A stretch of DNA of 64,000 nucleotides from Paraspadella gotoi (GCA_051294375.1 CM119270.1:16635424-16699423); one strand, 5' to 3'; shown: positions 1-20,556, counted from the stretch's first letter. A program made the numbers and translations. The notes: generated by a model not told the origin, from the sequence alone.

Positions 1-278
1 CTCCTCCTCCTCCTCCTCCTTTTATTCTGCATCACTGAAAACGCATTACACCCGCCTTTCAGGTGCAGCTTCCATCCAACGCTGGTGGAAATGGCAACTA
101 TGTCGTCGTCGTCGTCGTCGTCATCGTCGTCGCCATCGTCATCGTCTTCTTCGTCGTCGTCTGATGCTCGTCGTAGTCTGATGCTCCTTTCACTCGCTTC
201 TAACACTGCCGGTATTTATATAGTATATGCGGTTTAGTTTAGCATTTAAATAAACACATTTAAAAATATGACGAGAAC

Positions 279-372
279 GACGACGACGACGAAGACGACG
301 ACGAAGACGACGACGAAGACGACGACGAAGACGACGACGAAGACGACGACGAAGACGACGACGAAGACGACG
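279..372. repeat. (GAC)n-derived microsatellite with 12-bp higher-order unit GACGACGACGAA
   Basis: Seen directly; (GAC/GTC)n tracts recur throughout the window. Confidence 0.9.
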
Positions 373-670
373 ATAACTCTAAGAAAATCAAGTTGGATTC
401 GGATCTTTTGGGATTGAAAAATTTTCTCAAAATCCTCAGAATGAAATTCAGAAAAATATCCTTGAAATTGACGCCTCGATACGATGATGATTTTTTTTTC
501 TTTTACAGTTTGATATTTTTTGGCTCATTTGCATATAATTTGTTCATTTACGCGCGTTCGATTTTAATCTGACGAATTGGCTCTACTGCAGCATTGGTAA
601 TAAATTGAACATTTGGGGTTAAAAAGTATTATTAGTATATATTTTGCTTGCGGCTTCTGTTAATAGTCTC

Positions 671-671
<1 letters not shown>

Positions 672-744
<73 letters not shown>

Positions 745-745
745 A
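672..745. repeat. (GATT)n microsatellite
   Basis: Seen directly. Confidence 0.95.
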
Positions 746-799
746 ATTAACAGCAATATTTCATTCTGCATTGAAACTTCGCACCGCACAAATGACTGT

Positions 800-990
800 T
801 GCTGATTGGCGTATTTGAGCGAAAGTGGCCTTCCCACTCCACTGGCAAATGACTGGCAAACGACCGGCAAAAAATGACTGGCGAAGTGATTGGCTGAAGA
901 AAAAAAAACGCCGCCACCGCCGCCTCAGCCGCTTCCGCCGCCGCCGCCGCCGCCTGGCAAACGACGTGCGAACCCATTATGTATAAAAAA
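800..990 (+). promoter_or_regulatory. Candidate promoter: two inverted CCAAT boxes, TGGCA array, GCC tract and TATA-like element
   Basis: GATTGG at ~804 and ~888; TGGCA/CGGCA at 843, 854, 865; (GCC)n 910-953; TATAAAA at ~982. Confidence 0.35.
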
Positions 991-2304
991 AAAAATCCTC
1001 TCAAAAAAAAAGATAAGATGAGAGGAGAGAAAAAGAGAAGAAGAGAAGAAAAGAGAAGATAGAAGAAGGTCTCGGCTCATTTTCGGCACTAATGGGTTTT
1101 TTGCGCCTTTTTTGCGCTGAATCGCTTTGGTAGAAAAAGAGGCTCTCGCTCCCTCGGCCGCCCCCGGGGCCAATGGGGGGGCGAGTGCTTTGGGGGGAAG
1201 AGGTGGTACGAAGGTGGAAACGAAAGTGGTGATGGTGGGAATGATGTAGTTTCGATGGTGGTTGAAGAGAAGGTAGAGTGCTTAATGAAAGTGGTGGCGT
1301 GAAGAGGGTAAGGTCTTTCGTGCCACTACTGGTGTGACATCGTGCGGCAGACGGTCCGAGGCACTGGGATGCTAAGGGAAACTGGTCACTCATGGAATTG
1401 GTAGAACTTGTAAAAGCATACAAGTTGCGCTTTCAGTATGGCTGTGGCGAAATCTTTGGTGATGTGTGAGAAAAACTGAAGACTGAACATTGAACAAAGA
1501 ATGAGAATGAGAGACGCATAGATGAGTACAAGGATGATTTGATGAACCTTAAGTTTGGACAAAGAACAGTTAAAGCATATCCTTCATATGAGGGGTTCTA
1601 GTATAGTGTGATAGTGTGATAGTGTGTGATAGTATGGTAGTGAAAAGAGTGATTTTAAAGAGTGAAGGATGAAATGCTGCAATGCAGTCGTTGCGAAGCA
1701 TGTGATGCAGTCGCTCTTGGACTCACGAGAAGCACGAGAGCAGACCGACGACCGAGAACCCGAAGAGATGACGAGCCACCCGGACCCGACCCCGACCGAC
1801 GAGGCGACTCGACCGAGAGACTTTGAGAGAGCACGCGAGCAGGAGAGACGACGGAGATGACGACCCCCCGCAGACCGACGACTCCTCGCCTCTTTGCGCA
1901 CGGCCCCTACCACTGGCCCCCCGTAGCGTCAGTCTACGTCCCGACGCGCGACCGCACTGTCGTTTAACGACGACAACGACGACGACAATAATGACGTCGA
2001 CGACGTGTCAAGCAAAACTCCATTACCATAATAACACCGGATATCAAGGGAGCGGTTCGTACAAAGAGCAAGTGAGGAGAAAATGGAAAAAAAAAGAGAA
2101 AGCGAAAAGGGAGGAGGAAAAGGAGGAGAAGGAGGAGGAGGAGGAGGAGGAGGAGGAGGAAGAAGACAAAAAGGAAAGAGGGAAAAATTGCTGATATGAG
2201 ATCATAGAATCAAGTACATAAACTGACGAGTGTCGTGAGGTTTGGGGATTCGATAAAAAGTCACTAATAAAATCGACGAAAGTGTTGTTCCCCAAAGAAT
2301 AATA

Positions 2305-2377
2305 ATGAAATTGGTACAACCGACATAAAAATTATGCATTTATTTAACAAATAAGCTATCTTGCCCTTGACTTTGGA
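2305..2377. mobile_element. Truncated copy of the dispersed repeat (other short copies at 15401-15445 in the opposite orientation and at 35612-35652)
   Basis: atgaaattggtacaaccgacataaaaattatgcatttatttaacaaataagctatcttgcccttgactttgg. Confidence 0.7.
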
Positions 2378-3033
2378 AAGACACAATGATACCAACTGCT
2401 TCGCCGACGATCGTGCTGCTTATTGACAACAATAACAACCACAATAACAACGACAACAACAACAACATCGCTGGTTCTCTTTCGGCCTTGAAAATCTTCA
2501 TTCGAACCCACGAGTGGAATTTGAACGGAATCGAAAAGAGGAAGAGATGGAGTGGGAAGGGAGGGGTGGGGCAGGAGAGTGGAGGGTGGGTTAGACGGTG
2601 AGGAGGTGGGTGAGACAACTACCCATCAACGGGAGGGTAAGGGTGAACGACTGAACATCCAATGGTCTGTGTTGTTCTTTTGTCTCTCGTTCTCTTCATA
2701 CTGCTCTTTGTCTCTCTTCCCGTCTTCTCTCTTTTTTTCTTCCTCTTTTTCCTCTTCTTTCATATAGTGACTTATAGTCTTTTACTTTTTACTTCTCTTT
2801 CTTCTCTGTTCGCTTCAAGTGTCCCTTTAAACAATTTTATATTCAGCACAGTCAGAAACCTCGGTCGCAGTCGGAGATTGTGAGTCGTAAGCTGAGGGAT
2901 GAAAAGAAGAATTTCCTGGTTCTTCAAACACGTAATCACCTTACCTCGTCAAACTTACCTCATTCAACCCGACAAGGGTTTCACACTCGGTTCATTAACC
3001 CTCGTAGATGTTGTTGGTATCTGATAACGCAGA

Positions 3034-3082
<49 letters not shown>

Positions 3083-4108
3083 TCATTTTCACTTTCTTAC
3101 ACCTCCGACGCCTCTCTTATCTTTTCCCGTCTTTTTCTCCGTCGCTTAAGACCCTTAACCTCTTCCCTTTATTAACCCTCGCTTGGCTCTTCTCTCTTAG
3201 TTCTTTAGTCATTTGTTTTCGCTAGAAAAGTGAGTAAACCGACTTGGGGCGAAAGAGATATTTAACACAGAATTCTTAAAAATCTCGTGTCATCGAATCT
3301 GTTAAATTAGTTTGCTTGTTATTCTTCCCTAACTAAATAAAATATTATTTCTTATTAACTCTTATTAACAGCCTTCGAAACAAGAAGCTAATGGGAACCT
3401 CCTTGGCCCGAGACAATGACCCACAACCCGATTCGACTCCGTCCACAATTCCACCACAACACCATCTCCCCCAACCAGACAAGAACCGCGTCGCCCACAT
3501 CGCGACCTCCAACGGATCCAGATCATTTCCCGCCCATCTCCGCCCACCTCCCCACCGTCCGCTTCCACCCACGCCCTCTTTTCTCTCGCCCTGGGTTCCT
3601 AAGTCCTCGACCGCGATTATCACAAATTATCACCTATTATCACACCGCAAAAACCCTTTTCACTCCCGCCTCTTATCTGAGATTTAATCGTGATATCAAT
3701 TCGAAATCAACACCAGAAAAAAAACCTTTTTTTTTTCTTTTTTTGTCTCCTTATCTTAAACCTTTTTTTTTCCTTCTTTTTTTTTCCCCCTCTTATCTTA
3801 AACCTTTCGCGCGTGTCGAGTCTCTCCGTCTCTCTCTCCCTCTCTTTAAAAAGGAGGTGAGTCCCCCTGGGGGCGAGGCTTAGACCCCCCACCATTGAGG
3901 GAATGATGCTGGGACAGGGGTGGGTCGAGTTTAAGGGGTTGGAGATGGCCTCATCGTTTTGCCTTACCTCGTTAAAGGAGAGGAATAATTCTTCAAATTT
4001 AATGTCAGACTGACTGTCGATCTACACGACGGAAATTAGTATTTAAATTGTTTTCGCATCACCTTTATCTTTACTGTTTCTCAGCTTTTAAAAGATTCTA
4101 TTTGAGAC

Positions 4109-4146
<38 letters not shown>

Positions 4147-4159
4147 CCCCCGGTGTCGA

Positions 4160-9850
<5,691 letters not shown>

Positions 9851-11634
9851 TGTGGGAGGTGGAAGGGGTGGAGGGTGAGGGATGAAGGGGGGAGTTGGGG
9901 AGGTTAGACGGGGTAAGGAAAATGGGTAAGGATAGGAGGATAGAAAGGAAGGAAAGGAGTAAAGCGGTAAAGAGGGAGGTTGGCAAAATGGTTGGCAAAA
10001 ATTAAGAATGTTAAGAGAAAATCTAACAAAGTACAAGGAGAATAAAAACGTTTGTATGCTAAAATTTAAATAAAAAATCTTTTTTTTTAGTATCTTTTTT
10101 TTCCATGAACATTTTTTAGTTAAGTTTGTTATTTATTTTTAAAACTATGATATCAGCGCAGAATTCGATCTCACTATTTTGAATTTGTTTCACTCGGGGA
10201 AAATCGATCCGGAGAAGCCTCAGGTCGAGCGTGAGACAAATGGAGTGAAGCTTTAGCGTGACTTTTAGATAAATTTGTCCGTGAAAGGGTGAAGCGATAA
10301 TCTTGTGAGGCGTAAAACCAACAAAGAAAGTCACTTGAAGTCTCATTTGATCCGGGAGAAGTTTAAAAAGGTAAGTTCCAAGTTCCAAGTGGGCAAAAAG
10401 GAGTCGAGGTGGAAGGTAAGTTTGGTGAGAGGAAGAGAAGAAGAGGACGGAGGAGGGAAAGGAGGATGAGAGCAGAAGAGAGGAGAATAAAAAACATATG
10501 AACAAAGAATATTAAATATATTTATTTCCATCCACAGCACACAAGTTTATCTGTCTGAAATAAAATCTTCGCGGTGGTGTTAAAAAGTGCTAAAACTGAC
10601 GAAACTAAATTTCCGTTTTATTCTTTTTTATTTTCAATTTCGAAACCAAAAATCGATTTTCAAATTCGGATTTTAACCTTTTTTTTATTTTCTTTTTCTT
10701 TATCTTTTTCTTTTTTTTTTTCTTCTTTTTCTTTTTCTTTTTCTTTTTTCTTTTTTTCTTTTTCTTTTTCTTTTCATTCTCTTTTTCTTTTTTCTTTTTC
10801 TTTTCTTTTTTCTTTTCTTTTCTTTTTTTTCATTCTTTTTTCTTTTCTTTTTCCTTTTCTTTTTTCTTTTCTTTTTTCTTTTCTTTTTCTTTCTTTTTCT
10901 TGTTTTTGACACCCCAAAAAAGAACCGAATCCTCCTTGAACATCTCGCTGATCCAGTCGTTTGTGTTTTTTTTTGTTTTTTTTTTTTTGTTTGTCCCTTT
11001 ATCCGGGCTTGCGCGGGAAGAAAAAAAAAGAAAAGAGAGCAGCTCTCTTCTCTTCTCTCTCTTCTCTCTTCTCCTCTCTCCTCTCTCTTCCTCTTCTCCT
11101 CTTCTCTCTCTCTCTCCTCTCTCTCTCTCTCAATCACAGCACCGAATGCGCCGCAGGTGACGAGTACGAAGAGGATGACACGCTTGCCGTTTTTTTTACA
11201 TTTAGCCAGGAAGAAAAGGGAAAAGAAAATACTTAATAATAAAATAATTATTAATAAATGTACCAATTAATGGGAAAATAAAAAGCTTCAGGTAGATAGA
11301 TAGATAGGATAGGAAGATAAATAGAATAGATAGATATAGATAGATAGATAGAATAGATGGGATAGATAGATAGATAGATAGATAGAATTCAAAACCAAAA
11401 TAAACACCAGTGAAAGAATTTCATGTTTTATATTATCAGTTGCCATTCAAAACTCAACCAATTAGTAAAATTATTAAAATACCTTACCTTCTGAATCCCC
11501 AGCCGAGAGGAAAGAAAAATCTCCGGGTTTTCCTTTGTCTTCTTTGAAGGAAAAAAGACTGTCGAAGCGTTGGGACGGAAAAACCCTTTTCCGCCGGAGA
11601 AAGAGAAAGAAAAAATGAAAAGAAAAGTGAAAAG

Positions 11635-11808
<174 letters not shown>

Positions 11809-12228
11809 AAAAAAAGAAAGGAAGAAATTAAAAAAAAATAACAAAAAGAGGAAAGAAAGAAAAAAGAAAGAAAAGAAAGGAAACGAAAGGGAAAAATAAA
11901 AAAAAAAAAAGTTTTAAGAGAAAGTGACCCACATTTTGGATATCGACTCCCTTTACTTTTCGCTTTCCTTCAAACTAAGAGAGGAGAAGAGAGAACGAGA
12001 AGAGAGAAGTGCGCAGAGAGAGAGAGAGAAGAGATGAGAAATATTTGATCTTCTTTTTCTTCATTTAGCTAAAATTTAAGAAAAAAAAAAATTTAAGGAA
12101 ATTATATTTTATAATAAGAAAAACACAAAATAAAACTAAAACAAGAAGAACGATTTTTTCCCCAAATTTCGGAATTCACCAGCTGGCGTTCCTCTCTCTC
12201 TCTCTCTCGCCTCTCTCTCTCTCTCTCT

Positions 12229-12268
<40 letters not shown>

Positions 12269-12407
12269 TCTTCTCTCTCTCTCTCTATCTCTACTCTCTC
12301 TCTCTTCCTCTGTGTTTTTCGTGTTCGAGGGCCTTTCAGGGTTAGCTTTTCGGTTAATACAATCGCGGTTTTAATCGCTTTTCTTAACCGAGCTAAGCGT
12401 CGAGTTG

Positions 12408-12438
<31 letters not shown>

Positions 12439-12992
12439 CTCCTCTCCTCTTCTCTCTCTTCTCTCTCTCTCTCTCTCTCTCCCTACTCTCTCTCTCTCTC
12501 TCTCTGTGTTTGTTTTCTTGTCGATAGTTGGTCCGCTGCGGTCGTTGCATGGCGTCGGCAGTGTGCTGTTGTAGTTTCCATATTTGAATTCTTGTCATGG
12601 ATGATGTCGTGTTGACGCTTTAACTAATTACAATAACAAAATAAAAATAAAGTAATAGTCACATAAACATTAAAGTCGTTGACTTCGCCATTCATTCAAT
12701 GATTCATGTTCGTACATCAGCTCGATTACTGTCCAATTAATGTTTCTAGAGTACATAAGTAAATTACAAATTGACATGGTAAATGACCTCACTATCTTAT
12801 TTATTAAATCACACTGGAATTAATTACCGCTCACAGTTAGTTTTTTCATTCCGTCCTTCACAGAATTAATATGGTATTATTGTATGTTTTTTCTTTCACC
12901 GGTTTTATATATATCTATGTCCATAAAACAATTATGCCCCGACCACCGTTACGGCATCCGACATCCGACCAAGTACTACAACGGACCGAGAG

Positions 12993-13024
<32 letters not shown>

Positions 13025-13309
13025 CGAGAGATAAGAGAAGAGAGAGCGGAGAGAAGATGAGAGATGAGAGAGAGAGAGAGAGAGAGACTAACGGAGTCAA
13101 GAGCGACATGAACACTTTGAATTCTCAAACCGTTTATTAAGCTATCATCTCCTCTCTCGAACCAAAAGATACGTGTTACATTCAAATAGGTATGATGAAA
13201 CGTTAGGTTTAAGAAGGCGAAAGGCGGCGTCAATGCAGCGGCGTCAATGAAAACTGCAGTTCAATTGCAGCGCGCGACACTAAAGCTCAATTCAAAAGAA
13301 CACTAATGA

Positions 13310-13590
13310 ATAAGAGCTCACTTTCCACTTCGGAAAAGTCGCGTTCGGTAAATCCCGACGAAGCGACTCTTTGAGAAGGAGACGAGCAGAGACGTAAGTG
13401 ATAAGTCTACGTTTATTTTGAGGCCTTGAGGAAAAATTATTGAGCGCAAAGAAAAAGGAGAGAGCAGATGATATGAGAGAGAGATGAGAGAGCAGAGAGA
13501 GAGCGAGAGAGAGAGAGAGAGAAGGAGAGAGAGACTTAGCTCGGCTACGTGATTGCTATTTTTATCTCACCCCTTTCTTTTTACACATCT

Positions 13591-13689
<99 letters not shown>

Positions 13690-14050
13690 TCCGCTAATGG
13701 GACTAGTCAAAAAGGGACAATGTCAAAAAGACAAGTCAAAAGACAAGTCGACGGAAGGAGAAAAAAAAATGGTTTTTTTTTCTATATTTTTTCTCTTTCT
13801 TCTCTTCTTCTTACTTTCTTCTCTCTTCGTGTCTTCTCTNNNNNNNNNNNNNNNNNNNNNNNNNTCTCTCTCTCTCTCTCTCTCTCATATCATCGCTCTC
13901 CCTTTTCTTTTCGCTTCATAATTTCTCCTCAAGGCCTCAAAATAAACGTAGACTTATCTCGTCTCTGCTCGTCTCTTCTCAAAGTCGCTTCGTCGGGATT
14001 CGAACGCGACTTTTCCGAGTGGAAAAGTGAGCTCTTTTTCATGTGTTTTT
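13310..14050. repeat. Short inverted duplication around the 25-N gap 13840-13864
   Basis: 13311-13490 (gagctcactttccacttcggaaaagtcgcgttcg...) is the reverse complement of ~13865-14040. Confidence 0.85.
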
Positions 14051-14997
14051 GATGAGCTATTTGAATGTACGTTCTTGTTGGATTAGGTGTGTTATATTTA
14101 TTTTCGGCCTTTTACGTATATTTTATTACTTTACCTAATAGATGACAACTTACTTAATTCGTGCCTTTTTGCCCCTTAAGAATTTTACTAGATTATAAAT
14201 ATTTTTTTTTAAATCGAGCTTACTGTATATAATTGGACAGAATTGGATAGAATCGCCGTAGTTTCACTTCTCTTATATTTTCTTTTTCGCATTTTGCTCC
14301 AGTAAACCCCATAATCTCAGTCGACTCTCGCTCCAGTAAAGCCGATCTTCCAAACTCTGACTCTTTGAGCCTTGACCTAAATTTTTGTTATTTCTCTCCT
14401 CTTGTTCTTTTCTCTCTATTCCGCCATTGCTACTACAGTCTACAATTAATCTTCTCCTCTCATCTCTCTTCCTCTATTTGTCACGCTTAAACCTTCTTTC
14501 CTTTTATCCCTTCTCTTTCCTTTTTCCTCTCTTTCCTATTTCCTTCTCCCCTTAATTTTTAACCTTTAAAAAATGATAAAATCTGATAAAAAAGTGTCTC
14601 AACATCGCGCGCCAGTTCTTGTCATTACTACTTTGCCGGTTACTATCCCTATCAGAAGAATTTAGCCATTTTCAAATTATCATAACCGTTGCGTCGGTTA
14701 CGTTCCTAATGTTAGCCTCTTAGCCAGTAAGATATCATAAATACGAGGATAGTTTGTCTAAGATGATGATGACGATGATTATGACGACCGAGGTGTTTGC
14801 CACTTATTTTCATTTCAGCCCACGACTGACGACGACGACTTGTTTGCCATTTTTTTTTACGTTTTCGCGAAATGAAAAGACTTTTTTTTCGCACAGTTTG
14901 TGTGTGTGCCTCTACTTCGTTGTGTGTGAAAACGCGTGTGGGAACTAATGGCGCTCAGTTTTTAGGGGGGTTATGGGTTAGTGAGAAAGACGTAATG

Positions 14998-15053
<56 letters not shown>

Positions 15054-15456
15054 CCCCTTTGCCTCTTTCGCACCCCGACTATGAACTTAGCCACTGGGTT
15101 AATGATTTTGTGCTTTTTGCCAACAGAGAAAAATGTTTTTCCCTTTTTTATTCTTTTTTCTTCTCTTTTTCTTTTCTCCTTTTTTTATGAGGAGGAAGGA
15201 AAATGAGAAAAATATGAATGAGAGATAAATGAGAAGGTTAAAAAAAATGGTTAAAAGAAAACTTTTTGCTTACGTTCTCTTCTTTTCGAATCTTAATTAG
15301 TTTGTCTTTTTTGTAATGTTGCGAGAGTTTTAAATTTAATGTATAACTTTTTAAATTCTTGAAGATTCTTAACATGCGTACTTTATTTCTTTCAATATAC
15401 TATTAAATGAATAGATAATTTTTATTTTGGTTGTACCAATTTCATACTATCTTTCC

Positions 15457-15457
<1 letters not shown>

Positions 15458-15519
<62 letters not shown>

Positions 15520-15523
15520 TATT

Positions 15524-15579
<56 letters not shown>

Positions 15580-15580
15580 T
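15458..15580. repeat. (CTTT)n microsatellite; (GAAA)n also at ~30960-31050 and ~54130-54250
   Basis: Seen directly. Confidence 0.95.
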
Positions 15581-18500
15581 CCTTCATAAAATCTCCACTT
15601 CCTAAGAGAAGACGAAATTCTCCACAAATTCTTATTCATGGACGGAGACTTTGCGANNNNNNNNNNNNNNNNNNNNNNNNNCTTCGGAAGCCCTCATCTC
15701 GAGAGGCCGAGTCTCTTAATGCGGCAGAAGGAAGCTATAGAAGCGGTAGGAGCATAAGAACGAGAAGGAGGACGGAAGTAGAGGAGCCAGAAGAGTTGGA
15801 AGTAAGGATTAGAGAAACAAGAAGGAAGAATTTACTAAGGACGTTACTTGAGGAGCAAAGAATTGCAGGGAGAGCAAAAATAATCTAGTAGGATTTCATT
15901 GATTGATTTGTAATAGCTCAAACGTTGTGACAGTAAACATATTAACAAAAACATGGATTTACAGAGCGGTACATAAATTCTATTGTAAGAAACAAAACAA
16001 AAAGTATTTAAGTCAACAGGAGATGAAAAAAAGGGCCAAAAAAACATGTAAAAATGTAGCGGAAGAGCAAAAAGAGCAACAAAGGGTAAAATTATTCAAA
16101 AGGAGAGCCTTTAGGAGGTCAAAAAGAAGCTGCGCTGAAGTATCAAAAAGGATCCAATAGGCAGCAGGGCAAGCGATAAAAAAGGAGCAAAGAGCAGAAG
16201 GATGACGTAAAGGACGCAGCCCTCTGAATATTAGTGATGTAGAATTATGCAGCAGTATTTATCTTGGAAAGAGCGAGCGTATACCCAAACAAAGAATTTT
16301 CAACATGGCGCACTATGTACCTCAACGTAAACCTCCTTGTTATATACTATATATTGCTGCTGTAAAGTTTATTTCTGAAAAATCTATGACTCTTTGAAAC
16401 GTAGGATCACGGTAGAAATATACAGTAATGACTGCTTCTAATAATTCTGAATTGTTTTTCATTGCATCCTAATTAGAGAGACCGAAGTGAGTATTACTTG
16501 ATAGCGCAAGCAATTAAGTGCGCATCCTCATAATGCGCACGATATGGAACAAAGTGATGAAGGACAGACTACTGACCACCCGCTTCAGGTAATATTTTTC
16601 CTTCGAATTTCGTTAATGGATCACTGTAAGCAGAGAGTTGTAGAAAGGTAAGACACCATCATTGGCTCTCTTAATTAATAAGAAGGTGAGTTATAAAAAC
16701 CGACCCAGCGATGTGCCCAAATTGTGACAGAAAGTACTGTGGCCCAGACATAAGATCTAAAAGTATTGCGAGCGAAAAGAAACAATATAGCCACCACCAG
16801 GGAAAAAAAATTTATAAACTATTTTCTAAGAGGGGAAATAAAAAGATAAAAATTGAAGTAAGGTGTCCCCGGAGAAAAACCATGATAAAATAGTTTTATG
16901 AGAGTAATATGGAAGAAAATTATGTATAAAATGATAGGAGAGAAGCAGTGTACGAGAACAGTGCACAAAAAGATTAGATCTCTAGCAATGCTCCTATATA
17001 GTGCGTTAAAATATTAAATAAATATGCCGAATGACAAGACGTAATAAAAGTAAATAAAGTTTACTACTCTCTATTCGAGAAAAGATGCGTATGTATCCTG
17101 CTAAATATGAAAATGTATAACGAAGTATATTGCCAAAAGAGCGAATGCAAGATCGGAACCTAGTAGCTGAAGATGAATGATGAACTTCCTGAAGCACGCC
17201 GAAAAAAAGTTTTGTCGCGTAGTCGAGAAAATGTCACATCTTAACTTTGCATAATGATATATAGAGAATTATCATGAATATAAATAACTAAACCTTTATA
17301 TCCCATAAAACGTTCAATCTTGAGCCAATTATTGATACAACCAGTATGTGTGATCTCTTCATCATTTTACTGGACACCCTACGCGTTGTTTGATGACAAA
17401 GGTATGTACAGAGCAGATAGGCACCAAATCCCTATATCATGTGAATACTGACAGACTGTGACCTGTAATTTAGTGTGCTCTTTCACGTAAGATTAGATCA
17501 ACTAACGACGTTTCAAGTATGACATGTGTAAAGTATGCGAGGTCGTTAATATGTTAAATAGCACAACGGCCCGGCTGTAAGTAGTGTGTCAAATCAATCC
17601 TCGTGAAATTTTGTTTTTCATCGCGACCAATTTCAAATCCGCTTACCTTAGTTGAAAACGCTATAAAGTTTCACTCGCGTCAGACTATATGCGCGGTCTC
17701 ACAAACGTGGCGTCATGCCACGCATGACTATCTTACACCTGTCCGTATCTCACTCGCCGCCTTCTAGTCAGACATCCTCGTCACCATGCGGACTGCTATG
17801 GTGCATTCATCTTTTCTGGCATACTCCAGCGTCTTGTAGTGGGTATGTGTCCACTCACACGACCTATACGGTCGGCGCGAGCCCACCGAGAATGTCTCCT
17901 CCCACTCATTTTCTCCCCGGCGCAAAGCTAAAATGTGCTAAGCTGATATTCGCGTTGGGAAATTGAAACCCATCTGGGTCAATCCTAGACTCAGAAATTA
18001 AACCGCCGTCAATTGAGGTCTGACATGAGCCTGTGTACTTGCAAATGAAGCCAAACGCGGTTCACAAGCTTAACGCGCTGGAAAAAACCTAGGCCTCCAG
18101 TGCGCAAAATTTTATGAGCATTATAATGCTTTCTTTAATCCGCTGAGGCCACAACTGTATGAGAAGCACCTTAGGCCACACTATATGCACAGAACTAACA
18201 AGCCATCCTAACGGTAAATATGAGTTTTCTCTATCATCCCAAAATCTCCTTTACTTTGAATCATACAACCATTTGTCCATTGAGACACTCGACAATTCTA
18301 TTTATACAATACAGACATATAATAAAAGAAGTAGATAATCTAAACTGGAGAACGAGTAAAAAATTAACTGTCACTAACATACAGAAGCAAAGCCAGAGAA
18401 TCAATCTCTCGCTGGTGCAAAACGCACCACTTTTGCGGAGTACAATCTGTCTGACATATTAGGACTCCATAAGTATCACGCCGAGCCAAAATATGTATAT

Positions 18501-20438
18501 TTTAGTCATCTCTTGTGCTTCTTCGTCTTATCTATTTCTCTACGTCACTGTAATCATCCTCAGCAAATACATTATATATATTACTCATAATCGTATCTCT
18601 CTCTCTCTCTTCTCATCACACTTTCAAACTTCTACTTCTCTCTCTCTCTACACCACATCTTGATCTCAGTCCTGCATGCTACCAATACTCAGTTCCTCTT
18701 ACTCTCCTCAGATTCCAACAACTTAAATTCCCTCTCTCAATCTAACTCATTACCCGCCACAATTTTAAGCGCACTCACAACACATGGTACAGAAACTCCG
18801 AGTATAATCTATGTTTATACGATCTCAATCGAGTATTATATCTTGACACCAAAAACATATACTCAATCTTACTCACATCTTCTTCCTTTCTTCTTCCACT
18901 ACTCTCTTCTTCTCAAGATCTGTCTCACTATTCCTTCTCTCTTACACATTGTTCTGAATTCCTCCTTCTATCGTGCTCATCACTCGCTCTCTCTCTCTGC
19001 TCACAACTCTACTAAGGAAGACCTCTCTCACTTTGAGCTTATAGCTCGTCCTCATCGTCCTCATCTGCACACTCTCCATCTGCTGTGTCTCTAACTCTTT
19101 CTGAACCTGTCTTCGGACTCCACATACTCTCTAACTTACGTATATCTACATTCTCCTTGTTATACTCTCATCCTCACACACACGAATACCGAAGACATAT
19201 CACACTCTCGAGACTATATACAATCAACCTCTCGTTTTTTTAAAGTGAAGGAGCTTGATAAATTAGTAACCAAGATTGGTCGCGGCTAAAATATCAACTA
19301 ACACGACAACAATATAAAACAACTACGAAAAATACATTTTCTATATCACTTTATCACTCTTCAGCATCANNNNNNNNNNNNNNNNNNNNNNNNNNNNNNN
19401 NNNNNNNNNNNNNNNNNNNNNNNNNNNNNNNNNNNNNNNNNNNNNNNNNNNNNNNNNNNNNNNNNNNNNNNNNNNNNNNNNNNNNNNNNNNNNNNNNNNN
19501 NNNNNNNNNNNNNNNNNNNNNNNNNNNNNNNNNNNNNNNNNNNNNNNNNNNNNNNNNNNNNNNNNNNNNNNNNNNNNNNNNNNNNNNNNNNNNNNNNNNN
19601 NNNNNNNNNNNNNNNNNNNNNNNNNNNNNNNNNNNNNNNNNNNNNNNNNNNNNNNNCGACGACAAATGCCCGACCGATGAACTCCCGTCGGCCAGAACTT
19701 GTCGGTCTCCCTTCGCCCGACGCCTCCGCCCCACGGATTCCGCTTTCACCTTCTCGCGGCGTCGATAAACGATGCGATTTTTATGGCCACGGGACGTCGT
19801 CGTCGTCGTCGTCGTCTTCGTCATCATCCTCCCATTCATTCTCGCCACAGTCGTTATCGTTGTGGTTTGTCTTCTTCGACCGCGAGGCTGTCGATTCCGT
19901 CGTCATGGCAACGGTCTTCGCGTCACTTTCTATTTCGTCATCTTTTGTTTATTTTTCGGTTGCGTCGATCGCGTGTGACGCTGCATTTGTTTGTTTGGGT
20001 TTTTGTTTGTTTGGGTTTTTGTTTGTTTCGGTTTTTGTTTGTTTTTCGTTTAAAGAATATTTTATTGTTTCCGTTTTTGTGGGCAAAATGAATACATCTC
20101 NNNNNNNNNNNNNNNNNNNNNNNNNNNNNNNNNNNNNNNNNNNNNNNNNNNNNNNNNNNNNNNNNNNNNNNNNNNNNNNNNNNNNNNNNNNNNNNNNNNN
20201 NNNNNNNNNNNNNNNNNNNNNNNNNNNNNNNNNNNNNNNNNNNNNNNNNNNNNNNNNNNNNNNNNNNNNNNNNNNNNNNNNNNNNNNNNNNNNNNNNNNN
20301 NNNNNNNNNNNNNNNNNNNNNNNNNNNNNNNNNNNNNNNNNNNNNNNNNNNNNNNNNNNNNNNNNNNNNNNTCTCACTCTCGTGACGGTGAATGACTCCC
20401 GTCCGACGTTTGACGGTTTTCACGGTCGAGTCTCGAAA

Positions 20439-20556
20439 TCACGTGATCGAATCTCAATCAGCACGTGACACGAACGTGACATTCACGTGACGTTCACGTG
20501 ACGCGCGAGTGACAACCGATCGTGACCACGCGTCCGAAGTCACGAATGAATATAAA
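20439..20556 (+). promoter_or_regulatory. Candidate promoter/enhancer: phased CACGTG E-box cluster followed by TATAAA
   Basis: CACGTG at 20440, 20462, 20484, 20495; variants at 20473 and 20506; TATAAA at 20551. Confidence 0.45.

Noticed and set aside
15682-19369. Possible coding or retroelement sequence
   Set aside because: No coherent ORF or motif; looks like low-accuracy gap-fill.
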